Shown: piece after piece, positions 35,056-45,615 of the stretch
Layout of the letters: each line of letters opens with the position of its first letter
Position numbering within the stretch: the first letter of the stretch is position 1
NCBI GenBank assembly: GCA_942491855.1
Contig: CALOCL010000003.1
Span: 39,497-103,496, forward strand
Origin: an uncultured Bacteroidales bacterium
GTDB taxonomy: Bacteria > Bacteroidota > Bacteroidia > Bacteroidales > GCA-2711565
Reading direction: 5' to 3'
Length of the DNA stretch: 64,000 bases
The notes under the pieces: generated by a model
The model's input: the letters and a program-made list of their open reading frames with translations, nothing else
Databases searched by the model: none
What the model was told of the DNA's origin: nothing
Made by a program: the position numbers and the translations under genes

Positions 35056-37479
35056 ATGATCAAAAACTATTTTAAAACTGCTTTAAGAAACATTGTGAGA
35101 AATAAACTATTCACATTTCTAAACATTTTAGGCCTTTCATTAGGTCTCGCAACCGCTATCCTTATTTTATTTTGGGTTCAGGATGAACTGAGTTATGATC
35201 GATACCACAATAACTCAGAGAATATTTATAGGGTGACCGGGGACTTTGTTTTGAGTGGAAACAGAACACATACTGCAGTGGCTTCCCCTCCAATGGCTAT
35301 GACAATGATACAGGATTACCCAGAAGTAATGAATGCCTGTCGACTCAGACAAGTTGGTTCAAGAATATTAGGTGTTGGTAATGTCAGATATAAGGTGGAT
35401 GAAGTAACCTATGCCGATTCTACCTTTTTTGAGCTCTTCAATATACCTGTACTCGAAGGCGATAAAAATAACTTGCTCAACCAACCCAACCTGATTGTAT
35501 TAAGCAGAGAGACGTCAGAACGATTTTATGGGGATAAAAACGCCGTTGGAGAATTAATTAAGGTCGGTTCTAGAACATATATGGTTTCCGGAATTTACGA
35601 TAACATCCCCGAGAATACACATTTTCATTTCGATATTCTATTCTCGATGCCAAGTTTAGAAGATAGCTTCAGTCAAATGTGGCTTAACAATAATTACCAC
35701 ACATATATCGAGGTTCATCCAACGACAGATATCGAGAAGTTAGAAGATCAGATGCAGGAAATGGTTGTTAGATATTTGGGGCCAGATATTGAAAGATTTG
35801 TTGGAAAAACACTGGATGAATTTATAGGTGACGGTTCAGCAGCTTATCATTTACAAAAGCTAACGGATATTCACTTAAAGTCAGACTTAATAGCTGAACT
35901 TGAAGTAAACAGCGATATCAGTAATGTTTATATTTTTTCATTCATCGCACTATTCATTTTGATTATTGCCTGCATTAACTTTATGAATATGGCGACAGCC
36001 CGTTCAGAAGGGCGTAGCAAAGAGGTTGGGATTAGAAAAGTTGCCGGTGCAATCCGTGGTCAAATTATCTTTCAGTACCTTTTAGAATCATTTGTTATTA
36101 CCTGTATATCCTATTTTCTAGCCATGATATTGGTTGAGGTCTATTTACCAAGTTTTAATGCACTTTCTGACAAATCAATAAACATTCAGTATTTTGAACC
36201 ACAAACCTTATCGGTTTTACTGTTAATTATTTTATTCACTAGTCTATTGGCTGGTAGTTACCCCTCATTTTACCTTTCCTCTTTCCAACCTATTGTAAGT
36301 TTAAAAGGTGGCATTAAATCAGGTAAATCAAGTGGCAGATTAAGAAATATTTTGGTTGTCGTTCAATTTTTTACGACCATCATCCTTATCAGCAGTAGTA
36401 TTTTTGTTTACAAGCAATTAGGTTTTATTCTTACAAAGAAACTTGGGTTCGAAAAAGAACAGTTGTTATGCCTTCACAATATGAATGCGCTTGGTGATAA
36501 GTCTGAACTTTTAAAACAAGAGTTATTAAACTACCCGGAAATCATCAATGGAACAATATCCTCTTTTTTACCCGTACCTTCCAGCTCAAACAACTCAGTG
36601 GTTTTCCCTGATGGAGATCAAACCAAGTTAGTTACTTTTTACCAATGGGTTGTTGATGAAGATTATGTTGAAACCTTTCAGATGAAATTGGTTGAAGGAA
36701 GAAATTTATCGAATGAATATGGGACAGACTCATTGTCGGTGGTGGTTAACCAGGCAGCTCTTAAACAATTTGGTTGGGAGACCGCTAAAGGTCATTTTAT
36801 ACAACTATATCTGGACGATGATGGCAATACTGCAGATTATAAGGTTGTAGGTGTACTTGAAGACTTCCATTTTGAATCACTTAAAGATCCGATAAATCCA
36901 ATGCTAATGAGCCTTGGCAACCTAATGGGGTTGAGTAATACTGGCTTTTATTTGACCTTAAGATATGATGCTCAAAACACTGAAAAAGTCATCCGTTTAT
37001 TAGAAGATAAGTGGGCTGAGTTTGTACCCAATTATCCATTTGAATACTCGTTTATTAGCGACCGTTTTAACAGCATGTATGATCAGGAGAATCGAATGGG
37101 TGAAATTATGAAGATTTTTACCATACTGGCAATTATAATCGCTTCACTGGGTTTATTTGGGCTAACTGCTTTCATTGCTGAGAAGAGAACCAAAGAGATT
37201 GGTATCCGAAAAGTGAATGGCGCAAGTTTTATGAATATATTCATGCTCTTTACAAAAGACATTGCCAAACTTATAATCATAGCATTTATTCTCGCAGTAC
37301 CTTTAACCTGGTACGTCATGGACAATTGGCTAAACAACTTTACCTATCGTATTCAAATAAATTGGATCGTATTTATTGGTGCTGGTATCATGGCATTCAT
37401 ATTAGCCATCATTACCATTTCTTATCAGGCGATTAAAGCTTCTTCACAAAATCCGGTAGATTCATTGAAATACGAATAA
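35056..37479 (+). CDS. FtsX/MacB-like ABC transporter permease (no adjacent ATPase)
   Basis: ~807 aa with the same architecture as 12619..14952. Loops EVGIRKVAGAIRGQI and EIGIRKVNGASFMNI. Confidence 0.9.
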   Translation: MIKNYFKTALRNIVRNKLFTFLNILGLSLGLATAILILFWVQDELSYDRYHNNSENIYRVTGDFVLSGNRTHTAVASPPMAMTMIQDYPEVMNACRLRQVGSRILGVGNVRYKVDEVTYADSTFFELFNIPVLEGDKNNLLNQPNLIVLSRETSERFYGDKNAVGELIKVGSRTYMVSGIYDNIPENTHFHFDILFSMPSLEDSFSQMWLNNNYHTYIEVHPTTDIEKLEDQMQEMVVRYLGPDIERFVGKTLDEFIGDGSAAYHLQKLTDIHLKSDLIAELEVNSDISNVYIFSFIALFILIIACINFMNMATARSEGRSKEVGIRKVAGAIRGQIIFQYLLESFVITCISYFLAMILVEVYLPSFNALSDKSINIQYFEPQTLSVLLLIILFTSLLAGSYPSFYLSSFQPIVSLKGGIKSGKSSGRLRNILVVVQFFTTIILISSSIFVYKQLGFILTKKLGFEKEQLLCLHNMNALGDKSELLKQELLNYPEIINGTISSFLPVPSSSNNSVVFPDGDQTKLVTFYQWVVDEDYVETFQMKLVEGRNLSNEYGTDSLSVVVNQAALKQFGWETAKGHFIQLYLDDDGNTADYKVVGVLEDFHFESLKDPINPMLMSLGNLMGLSNTGFYLTLRYDAQNTEKVIRLLEDKWAEFVPNYPFEYSFISDRFNSMYDQENRMGEIMKIFTILAIIIASLGLFGLTAFIAEKRTKEIGIRKVNGASFMNIFMLFTKDIAKLIIIAFILAVPLTWYVMDNWLNNFTYRIQINWIVFIGAGIMAFILAIITISYQAIKASSQNPVDSLKYE

Positions 37480-37493
37480 TTAAATCTCCAGTA

Positions 37494-39893
37494 ATGATCA
37501 TAAATTACCTAAAAACAGCATTAAGAAACATTGCAAGAAATAAATTATTTACATTTTTAAATATTTTAGGGCTCTCACTAGGTCTGGCGACAGCTATCCT
37601 TATTCTATTTTGGGTACAGGATGAATTGAGTTACGATAAGTATAACAAAAACGCAAAAAACATTTATCGAATCACCAGTGATTATCAATTACCAGGAGAA
37701 AAATTTAAAGGGACTACAACATGTCCGCCAATGGCAGGAACATTAATTAATGATTACCCTGAAATACTAAATGCATGCAGATTCAACAGAAACATTGGTG
37801 GAAATTTAAGCGTTGGAGATAAGAAATTTAGCATTTCTAATCTTGCCTACGTCGATTCAACATTCTTTGATTTGTTCAGTGTTGCTCTATTAAAAGGAGA
37901 TAAAAAAAACCTTTTAAACCATCCAAACTATCTGGTATTGAGCGAAACAACTGCAAAACAACTATTTGGAGAAAAGGATCCCATCGGAAAATTAGTCACA
38001 GTGGGAAATGAATCTTTTTTGGTCAAAGGTATTTATGCTGATATTCCGGAAAATTCTCATTTCCATTTCAATATTTTGTTTTCAATCTCAAGCTTGAAAG
38101 CTAGTTTGAGTCCGGTTTGGTTGGACAATAATTATTACACTTATATTCTTTTGTATCCTGAAGCGGATCCTGAAAAGCTAGAACAACAAGTACATGAAAC
38201 GGTCATGAAACATATTGGTCCGGCTCTTGAAAATGCAACCGGACAAACGATGGATAAATTAATTGGAGATGGTTCCATTTCATTTGAGCTTCAAAAGTTA
38301 ACCGACATTCATTTACATTCCCATTTGATGGGAGAACTAGATGTAAATGGGAATCTTTCAAATGTTTATATCTTTTCTTTTATCGCTCTTTTTATTCTGA
38401 TTATAGCTTGTATCAATTTCATGAATATGTCTACAGCTCGATCCGAAAGTCGAAGCAAAGAAGTTGGTATTCGCAAAGTTTCAGGCGCAGCAAGAGGTCA
38501 AATTATTTTTCAATTTCTACTCGAATCATTCATTATTACGTTGCTATCCTACTTTTTCGCAATGATTTTAATTGAGATTTATCTACCCAGCTTCAATACG
38601 CTCTCAGGAAAAAACATTAACATCAACTATTTCGAGCCTTTTACTCTTTTCATCCTCTTCGGCATAATTATTTCTACCAGTTTCATATCAGGGAGCTACC
38701 CTGCATTCTACCTATCTTCATTTCAACCTATCGAAACTATGAAAGGAGCTTTAAAGGGCGGCAAATCGAGCGGAAGACTCAGAAATGTATTAGTTATTAT
38801 TCAATTTTTCACAACAATTATTCTAATCAGTAGTAGCATTTTTGTATACAATCAATTAAAATTTATTCAAACAAAAGAACTGGGATTTGACAAGGAGCAA
38901 CTAATATGTATTGGTAATTTAAATGCCTTAGATGATAAAGCCAATAATTTTAAACAAGAACTACTAAACCATCCCGAAGTAATTAGTGCAACCATTTCTT
39001 CCTTCTTGCCGGTACCTTCCGCCGGGTATCATGACGCTGTTTATCCGGATGGTGATAAAAATAATATGGTGGGGTTGTATCAATGGTTTGTGGATGTGAA
39101 TTATATTGAAACCCTTAGGATGAAGATTAAAACGGGAAGAAACTTCTTAGAAGAATCCGGAACTGATTTGCAAGCGGTACTGATTAATGAGAAGGCACTA
39201 AAGCAATTTGGATGGGAAACATTTGAAGGACATTTTATTACCAGAAAATCAAGCCAAGAGGCAACTAAATACAAAGTTATTGGTGTGCTGGAAAATTTCC
39301 ATTTCGAATCCTTGAAAAAAACAATTTCACCAATGATTATGCAATTAGGAGAAGGTGGGTATTATTTAACAATGAGGTACAATGCCACCAACGCCCAAGA
39401 CATCATTCAATTATCGGAGAAAAAGTGGAAAGAATTTGCACCGAATGATCCATTTGAATATTCTTTTGTTGATGATCGCTTCAATAATATGTATTCTCAG
39501 GAACAACAAGTTGGTAAAATCATGAAAACATTCACCTTTCTGGCAATCATAGTTGCATCTCTTGGTTTGTTTGGATTGGCCGCATTTATTGCCGAAAAAA
39601 GAACCAAAGAAATTGGAATCAGAAAAGTGAACGGAGCCAGTTTGATAAATATTTTTATGTTATTCACTAAAGATATCACCATACTAATTCTAATTGCTTT
39701 TATTCTGGCCGTGCCATTAACATGGTACATCATGAATCAATGGTTAAATAATTTCACCTATCGGGTCGATATAAACTGGCTGGTATTTTTGAGCGCAGGA
39801 TTACTTTCTTTTGTGATTGCAATGCTAACTATTTCGTACCAAGCTTTCATGGCCTCTTCGCGAAATCCAATTGAATCCTTAAAATACGAGTAG
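37494..39893 (+). CDS. FtsX/MacB-like ABC transporter permease, tandem paralogue of 35056..37479
   Basis: 799 aa. The N-terminal 45 aa are nearly identical to the upstream paralogue (NYLKTALRNIARNKLFTFLNILGLSLGLATAILILFWVQDELSYD). The start is 14 nt after the upstream stop. Confidence 0.9.
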   Translation: MIINYLKTALRNIARNKLFTFLNILGLSLGLATAILILFWVQDELSYDKYNKNAKNIYRITSDYQLPGEKFKGTTTCPPMAGTLINDYPEILNACRFNRNIGGNLSVGDKKFSISNLAYVDSTFFDLFSVALLKGDKKNLLNHPNYLVLSETTAKQLFGEKDPIGKLVTVGNESFLVKGIYADIPENSHFHFNILFSISSLKASLSPVWLDNNYYTYILLYPEADPEKLEQQVHETVMKHIGPALENATGQTMDKLIGDGSISFELQKLTDIHLHSHLMGELDVNGNLSNVYIFSFIALFILIIACINFMNMSTARSESRSKEVGIRKVSGAARGQIIFQFLLESFIITLLSYFFAMILIEIYLPSFNTLSGKNININYFEPFTLFILFGIIISTSFISGSYPAFYLSSFQPIETMKGALKGGKSSGRLRNVLVIIQFFTTIILISSSIFVYNQLKFIQTKELGFDKEQLICIGNLNALDDKANNFKQELLNHPEVISATISSFLPVPSAGYHDAVYPDGDKNNMVGLYQWFVDVNYIETLRMKIKTGRNFLEESGTDLQAVLINEKALKQFGWETFEGHFITRKSSQEATKYKVIGVLENFHFESLKKTISPMIMQLGEGGYYLTMRYNATNAQDIIQLSEKKWKEFAPNDPFEYSFVDDRFNNMYSQEQQVGKIMKTFTFLAIIVASLGLFGLAAFIAEKRTKEIGIRKVNGASLINIFMLFTKDITILILIAFILAVPLTWYIMNQWLNNFTYRVDINWLVFLSAGLLSFVIAMLTISYQAFMASSRNPIESLKYE

Positions 39894-39918
39894 TTACCGG
39901 CAAATGTAAAATTCAATT

Positions 39919-39948
39919 AGACCTTGAGCATTAAACAGGGTCTTTTTT
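39919..39948 (+). terminator. Rho-independent terminator
   Basis: AGACCTTG-agcattaaa-CAGGGTCT followed by T6. Confidence 0.7.
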
Positions 39949-40044
39949 GTTTACATCTAGATTTATTCAATAAGAGCTTGCAAAACGCCCGATTATTATC
40001 GAACTTTGGTCGATATCTTAAAACAAACTTAAAACCTGATTGTC

Positions 40045-40641
40045 ATGAAAAGTAAACTTGTTAAAAGCACTTTAATCATTGTCGCAATGGTTCTTATTTC
40101 AACCCAGTTATGGGCACAAGAAAAACCTTTCCGTATTGGTGTGAAAGCTGGCTTTCCCAATGTTTTAAGCGGAAACATTGAATTCGTAACACCTCTAGCC
40201 AATGAGCGGTTAGCACTAATGATCGATTATTCAAAATTTGCATTTAGCGTAGAAGGTGTTGAACTTGACTATTCGTATTTTGAAGGAGGAATTAATTATT
40301 ATCTGCGTCGTGAAGGTCATGGACCGTATGTTTCGGTAAGTTATACTAATATGAGCCTGGATTTGTTTTATGATGATGTTGAGTCTGATGTTACCAACGG
40401 ATTAATTGGTAGCGCTTCAACGGATATTGGACTGAACACCTTAAGTATAAAACTCGGTGCAAAATGGGGTGGGTTATTTTATTTCAGGCCGGAAATTGGC
40501 TATATGTTTACGGCATTACCCAACACTGTTGAAATAGAAGTTGATTTTGTTGGAGCACCCACAGAAATCCATGTAGAAGAAGTACCTACTTCCATTGCCG
40601 GTGGACTCATTTTTAATATCGGTTTTGGTTTTTCATTTTAA
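40045..40641 (+). CDS. Small outer-membrane beta-barrel protein
   Basis: 198 aa with signal peptide (LWAQE), an alternating hydrophobic strand pattern and a terminal GFGFSF. Confidence 0.6.
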   Translation: MKSKLVKSTLIIVAMVLISTQLWAQEKPFRIGVKAGFPNVLSGNIEFVTPLANERLALMIDYSKFAFSVEGVELDYSYFEGGINYYLRREGHGPYVSVSYTNMSLDLFYDDVESDVTNGLIGSASTDIGLNTLSIKLGAKWGGLFYFRPEIGYMFTALPNTVEIEVDFVGAPTEIHVEEVPTSIAGGLIFNIGFGFSF

Positions 40642-40669
40642 TTTATAATACGCCTTAATTTTAATTGTC

Positions 40670-41185
40670 ATGAAACGCATTCTGATTATTTTCTCTATCA
40701 TCCTTTTACCTGTTTATTTAATAGCCCAGGTTCAAAATATTAAGAGTAAAAAGGAGATTCGTGCAGAAAAAAAAGCAAAAATAGAACAGTCGGTTAAATC
40801 TTTGCTGAAATCTAAGCATTTCACGTTTGTTGTTAGAACTGCCAATCCGATGGTCGGGCCGACGATTGCGCTTACATCTGACTATGATATTAAAATTACC
40901 AAAGATTCAACTTATAGCTTCCTGCCCTATTATGGAGAAGCATATCAGGTGAAATATGGGAATACAGATGGGGGCATAAAATTTGAAACAGTCATGTACA
41001 ATTATGAAATTGAGTTTAATGACAGAACCAGCTTTTATGAAATTAAATTTGAAGTGATCGACCCCATCGAAACCTTTAAGGTTAATTTAAACATTTCTTC
41101 ATCAGGCTACGGAAATCTTAAAATTATCAGTAATACACGTCAAGCCATCAGTTATGATGGAATTTTGGATATGCTACTTGAATAG
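40670..41185 (+). CDS. DUF4251-like exported protein
   Basis: 171 aa with signal peptide and an FLPYYGEAY motif. Size and pattern are as I recall for DUF4251. Confidence 0.5.
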   Translation: MKRILIIFSIILLPVYLIAQVQNIKSKKEIRAEKKAKIEQSVKSLLKSKHFTFVVRTANPMVGPTIALTSDYDIKITKDSTYSFLPYYGEAYQVKYGNTDGGIKFETVMYNYEIEFNDRTSFYEIKFEVIDPIETFKVNLNISSSGYGNLKIISNTRQAISYDGILDMLLE

Positions 41186-41186
41186 T

Positions 41187-41963
41187 TTATTCAAGGTAGA
41201 GATTTAAAAATTTAATCACCTGTTCCCAATATTTATCATTTCCTTGGTGTGCTTCCCAAAGAGCGCGAGAGCCATGGTATCCATCGAAATCGGGAACATA
41301 ACTCATCTTGTATTTTGAGGGGATAGACTCGTAAATTCCTTTCCAGTTATTTTCCTCATTTTTTGATGAAGTAATAAATACAGGCATCTGCAGGTTTGCA
41401 GCAAATTCAGGAATGCTTTTATCTTCGAAGGTGAAATATTCACCTGGTGAAAATGCCAAAACACCATCAAGCAACTCCTGATTTTTCTCAGCCAATACAA
41501 AACTGAGTGCAGCAGAATAAGAACTACCCCATATTAAAACTGTTTTTGGGTCGAATTTTTCATAAACATAATTAAGCGCTGCCTGTAAGTCGGGGTATGC
41601 ATCGGGAAAGTTCATCGCTAAGCCTTTATCTTTTGCTCTCGCTGCGGTTTCATTTTTTATCTCTCTAACCAAATTTCCGGAACGTTGATCAATTGCCAGA
41701 CAGTTAAATCCCAATCTATTCAACTTGGGTGCAATTTCTCGGTAAGATCCTCTACTCCACCCTGCCTGATGAAAAAGAAGAATAAAACGAGATAATGCTT
41801 CATCCGTTAAATATAAATCTGCCGTAATCTTTAACTCATCCAGCGAAGGGAATTCAATGGTTTGTCCTTTAAAATCGGTTGTTTGAGCATTGACCGAATT
41901 TGGCAATATCAATATTGTGATCAAGATCAATTTAAAAAACCGGATGGCATATCTTTCTTTCAT
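41187..41963 (-). CDS. Alpha/beta hydrolase, exported
   Basis: 258 aa with signal peptide, nucleophile elbow IWGSSYSAA and a C-terminal GYHGS. Confidence 0.75.
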   Translation of the reverse strand: MKERYAIRFFKLILITILILPNSVNAQTTDFKGQTIEFPSLDELKITADLYLTDEALSRFILLFHQAGWSRGSYREIAPKLNRLGFNCLAIDQRSGNLVREIKNETAARAKDKGLAMNFPDAYPDLQAALNYVYEKFDPKTVLIWGSSYSAALSFVLAEKNQELLDGVLAFSPGEYFTFEDKSIPEFAANLQMPVFITSSKNEENNWKGIYESIPSKYKMSYVPDFDGYHGSRALWEAHQGNDKYWEQVIKFLNLYLE

Positions 41964-41985
41964 AATTTCAATTTTTATAAAAATA

Positions 41986-42780
41986 CTATTTATTTTTTAT
42001 AATCAATCCAACCAGTTCTTTCAGAAGCTTGGCAGCTAAAGCGGCAGTGATTCCAGCTGGGTCACGATCAGGGTTTAATTCAACAATATCTGCACCAACA
42101 ATTGGATTTTCAATTTGATGCAAAATATCAATTACCTGTCGTGTAGTTAATCCACCGGGTTCGTAATGCGAAACACCAGGTGCAAATGCAGGGTCAAATC
42201 CGTCTAAATCAATGGAAATGTAGAGAGGTAAATCAAATTTCAATGGCTTCATTTTCTCAACATCCTTCATCATGATAATTTCTATCCCAAATTTCTCGGC
42301 TTGCGCCTCAAGGTGAGGTGACATATTTCTGATTCCAACCGAAACCATTCTGCCAATCATGCCAGACTCCATTATCCGAGCAAAAGGGCAGGCATGTGAA
42401 AATCGATCTCCTTCAAACTCATCATAAATATCAGGATGGGCGTCAAAATGTAAGACATCAATTTTTGTGTAAACGGTTTTTAATGCCTGTGTAATTGGAT
42501 ATGTCAAAGAATGGTCTCCTCCCAGAAATATGCTTGGGTTTTTTAAGTTAATTTTTTGTACTATCTGAGAGGCGATTTGGTGGTAATCTACGATTTTCAG
42601 GTCACCATGATCAAGAGTTTTAAAATCCTTTAAAATATCAAATCCTGTTTCGCTCATAAAATTTGAAGAACCATCATGCAAACTTTTTCTTATTTGCTGA
42701 GGCGCTTTTGCTGTTCCTTTTAAATATGATGATTTATCATCAAATGGCAATCCAAGAATGTTTAATTGATTTTTTTTCAT
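41986..42780 (-). CDS. Ureohydrolase family enzyme (agmatinase-like)
   Basis: Mn-binding motifs GGDHSLTYP, HFDAHPD and SIDLDGFDPAFAPGVSHYEPGG. The probable start is MKKNQL at 42780. Confidence 0.85.
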   Translation of the reverse strand: MKKNQLNILGLPFDDKSSYLKGTAKAPQQIRKSLHDGSSNFMSETGFDILKDFKTLDHGDLKIVDYHQIASQIVQKINLKNPSIFLGGDHSLTYPITQALKTVYTKIDVLHFDAHPDIYDEFEGDRFSHACPFARIMESGMIGRMVSVGIRNMSPHLEAQAEKFGIEIIMMKDVEKMKPLKFDLPLYISIDLDGFDPAFAPGVSHYEPGGLTTRQVIDILHQIENPIVGADIVELNPDRDPAGITAALAAKLLKELVGLIIKNK

Positions 42781-42908
42781 CGAATAAAATATTGATCTGT
42801 ACAAAGATAATTTTTCATACTAACAGTTCTAAAATATTTAATAAAAGCACGGGATTCAAGCCCAAATTCTTGCTTTAAATTCCTTACATTTATAAAAAAA
42901 ACTTATCG

Positions 42909-44150
42909 ATGAGCCTCCGCAGCAGATTTAAATCAATTGGACCCGGCATCCTTGTAACAGCAGCCTTTATCGGCCCAGGTACAATTACTACTTGTACCTT
43001 AACCGGAGCAAGTTTCGGCTATGCCTTGTTATGGGGATTACTATTCTCCGTCTTTGCTACCATCATTCTACAAGAAATGACTGCTCGATTGGGTATTATT
43101 GGGCGCCTTGGACTCGGTGAAGCCTTGCGTCAACAATTCAAAAATCCAATTACAAAAGCTGTTGCTGTAATTTTAGTACTATCAGCTATCTTTATTGGAA
43201 ATGCCGCTTACGAGACAGGCAACATTTTAGGTGCATCCTTGGGCTTAGAAGAGATGACAAAATATTCTGGCATCGAATTCAATAATGGTTTCGTTTTAAA
43301 GATATGGGGCCCCATCATCGGAATTCTTGCATTTCTTCTTTTAATCCTTGGAAATTATAAATACCTCGAACGTGCGCTGATTGCACTTGTGCTCATCATG
43401 AGTGTTTCGTTCATTGCAACCATGATTATTATTGGACCTGATTTACCACAGCTACTTAAAGGTGTTTTCATTCCTAAATTGCCTCCAGGAAGTACATTGA
43501 TGCTAATTGGTTTAATTGGCACCACTGTTGTTCCCTATAATTTATTCCTTCATGCCTCTACCGTGCAGGAAAAGTGGAAAGACAAAAAAGACTTAAAGGT
43601 TGCACGTGTTGATTTAGCACTTTCAGTGATTTTAGGCGGTATGATTTCAATGTCCATTGTGATCACTTCAGCTGTGGCATTTTTTGGCACCAACACCGAA
43701 ATCCGAGGTGCTGCAGACCTTGCTACACAGTTAAAGCCATTTTTAGGCGACTGGGCAGGCATTTTCATGTCCATCGGCTTATTCGCCGCTGGAATCTCAT
43801 CAGCTATCACTGCACCCCTTGCTGCAGCCTATGCGACCTCTGGAATTTTAGGATGGAAAACTGAATTAAAATCGAAACGATTTAAAGCAGTTTGGATGAC
43901 CATCTTGTCCATAGGCATTGTTTTCTCAGCCATGGGCTTCAGTCCGATAAAAGCCATCATGTTTGCGCAGGTTACGAATGGAATTTTACTGCCAGTTATT
44001 GCCATCTACCTTTTAATCATCATGAACAGCAAAAAGATATTGGGCGAGAACTCAAATCGGTTATTTCAAAATATTCTGGGCTTGTTAATTGTATTAATCA
44101 TGGTCGTTCTTGGAGGCAAAAGTATTCTTCTGGCATTCGGTTTATTATAA
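42909..44150 (+). CDS. NRAMP-family membrane transporter (YcsG-like, associated with 5-oxoprolinase genes)
   Basis: 413 aa, ~11 TM, N-terminal IGPGILVTAAFIGPGTITT. Sits immediately upstream of pxpA, as ycsG does in Bacillus. Confidence 0.8.
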   Translation: MSLRSRFKSIGPGILVTAAFIGPGTITTCTLTGASFGYALLWGLLFSVFATIILQEMTARLGIIGRLGLGEALRQQFKNPITKAVAVILVLSAIFIGNAAYETGNILGASLGLEEMTKYSGIEFNNGFVLKIWGPIIGILAFLLLILGNYKYLERALIALVLIMSVSFIATMIIIGPDLPQLLKGVFIPKLPPGSTLMLIGLIGTTVVPYNLFLHASTVQEKWKDKKDLKVARVDLALSVILGGMISMSIVITSAVAFFGTNTEIRGAADLATQLKPFLGDWAGIFMSIGLFAAGISSAITAPLAAAYATSGILGWKTELKSKRFKAVWMTILSIGIVFSAMGFSPIKAIMFAQVTNGILLPVIAIYLLIIMNSKKILGENSNRLFQNILGLLIVLIMVVLGGKSILLAFGLL

Positions 44151-44160
44151 ATTTTAAAGG

Positions 44161-44928
44161 ATGAAGAAAGTAGATATTAATTCAGATTTAGGAGAAAGTT
44201 TCGGCAATTATAAAATTGGAAACGATGCAGAAGTGATGAAGTATATCAGCTCTGCAAACATTGCATGTGGATTTCATGCAGGTGATCCCTTAGTTATTCA
44301 AAACACCATTAAACTGGCACTTGAAAACCATGTTGCCATTGGTGCTCATCCGGGTTATCCCGATCTGATGGGATTTGGACGACGATCGATGAATTTAAGC
44401 CCCAAAGAAATAAAAGCCTACATGCTCTACCAGGTTGGAGCACTTAAGGCAATGACAGAAGCCATGGGTGGGAAATTACAACATGTAAAAGCTCATGGAG
44501 CCTTGTACAATGACGCATCAGCCAACAAATCTATTTCAACTGCTATTGCAGAGGCAATTTATTTAATTGATCCTGAGCTCATTTTTATGGGATTGGCAAA
44601 ATCAGAAATGCTGGTGGTTGCTAAAAAACTTGGTCTAAAAACTGCAAGCGAAGTATTTGCTGATCGAGCTTATATCAAATCCGGCACCTTGGTTTCACGA
44701 GCGATTCCCGGAGCTGTGATTCACGATTCAAACATATGTAACAAGCGGGTTTTAAAAATGATTAACGAAGGGAGCGTAACTGGAATTGATGGAGTTGAGA
44801 TACAAATTGATGCCGAAACCATTTGCATTCACGGCGATAATCCTTCAGCCATTGAAATGGCTAAATCTTTAAGAGAATATTTAGAGAAAAATAAAATAAC
44901 GATTCAAGCATTAAGTAATGACAAGTAG
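44161..44928 (+). CDS. pxpA: 5-oxoprolinase subunit A (LamB/YcsF family)
   Basis: INSDLGESFG, ACGFHAGDP and VKAHGALYN motifs. Confidence 0.85.
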   Translation: MKKVDINSDLGESFGNYKIGNDAEVMKYISSANIACGFHAGDPLVIQNTIKLALENHVAIGAHPGYPDLMGFGRRSMNLSPKEIKAYMLYQVGALKAMTEAMGGKLQHVKAHGALYNDASANKSISTAIAEAIYLIDPELIFMGLAKSEMLVVAKKLGLKTASEVFADRAYIKSGTLVSRAIPGAVIHDSNICNKRVLKMINEGSVTGIDGVEIQIDAETICIHGDNPSAIEMAKSLREYLEKNKITIQALSNDK

Positions 44929-45613
44929 CAGCGTAAAAATCATCCTATCCGGAGATTCCGGAATAATCGTAAGATTTGGAAATTCCATAACCGAAGAAAT
45001 CAACAAAAAAGTTCACAACCTTCAATTAATGCTTGAAAGCATGAAGACCGAAGGAATTACAGAAATGGTGCCGGCCTACACCGACTTGCTAATTTTATAC
45101 AATCCTTTGGTTAATTCGTACAAGAATATGATCCAGGCAATTGAGAAAGCGATTGATACCCCAAGCCCATCCAATACTCAAACTCAAAGATTGATTGAAA
45201 TTCCGACCTGTTATGAAGGTGAATATGGTGAAGACCTGAAAGAGGTTTCAGAAAATACAGGACTTTCAGTAGCAGAAATAATTAAAATTCATTCTTCAAC
45301 TCAATACCTGGTTTACATGCTTGGCTTTACTCCTGGTTTTAGTTATTTAGGTGGAATGGATGAAAGAATTGCATGCACCAGAAAAAAAATCCCACGACAG
45401 GTTATCCCTGCAGGCTCAGTTGGAATAGCAGACAAACAAACCGGAATTTACCCCATTGAAAGTCCGGGAGGTTGGCAATTAATCGGAAGAACTCCCCTAA
45501 ATCTTTTCGATCCTGATCGGGAAGAAGTATTTCTTTGTAATGCAGGAGATCGATTACAATTTGTACCAATCACAAAAAAAGAATTTGAATTACTAAAAAA
45601 AGATCAGAATTAG
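44918..45613 (+). CDS. pxpB: 5-oxoprolinase subunit B (KipI / allophanate hydrolase subunit 1-like)
   Basis: 231 aa. YMLGFTPGFSYLGG, and IPAGSVGIADKQTGIYPIESPGGWQLIGRTP typical of the cyclophilin-like KipI fold. Overlaps pxpA by 11 nt. Confidence 0.85.
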   Translation: MTSSSVKIILSGDSGIIVRFGNSITEEINKKVHNLQLMLESMKTEGITEMVPAYTDLLILYNPLVNSYKNMIQAIEKAIDTPSPSNTQTQRLIEIPTCYEGEYGEDLKEVSENTGLSVAEIIKIHSSTQYLVYMLGFTPGFSYLGGMDERIACTRKKIPRQVIPAGSVGIADKQTGIYPIESPGGWQLIGRTPLNLFDPDREEVFLCNAGDRLQFVPITKKEFELLKKDQN

Positions 45614-45615
45614 TC

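Noticed and set aside
40007-40022. TGGTCGATATCTTAAA upstream of the outer-membrane protein gene, considered as a third sigma-54 element
   Set aside because: The -24 half deviates (TGGTC) and the -12 position has AA instead of GC/GA, so it is not comparable to the two TGGCA-N7-TTGA sites.
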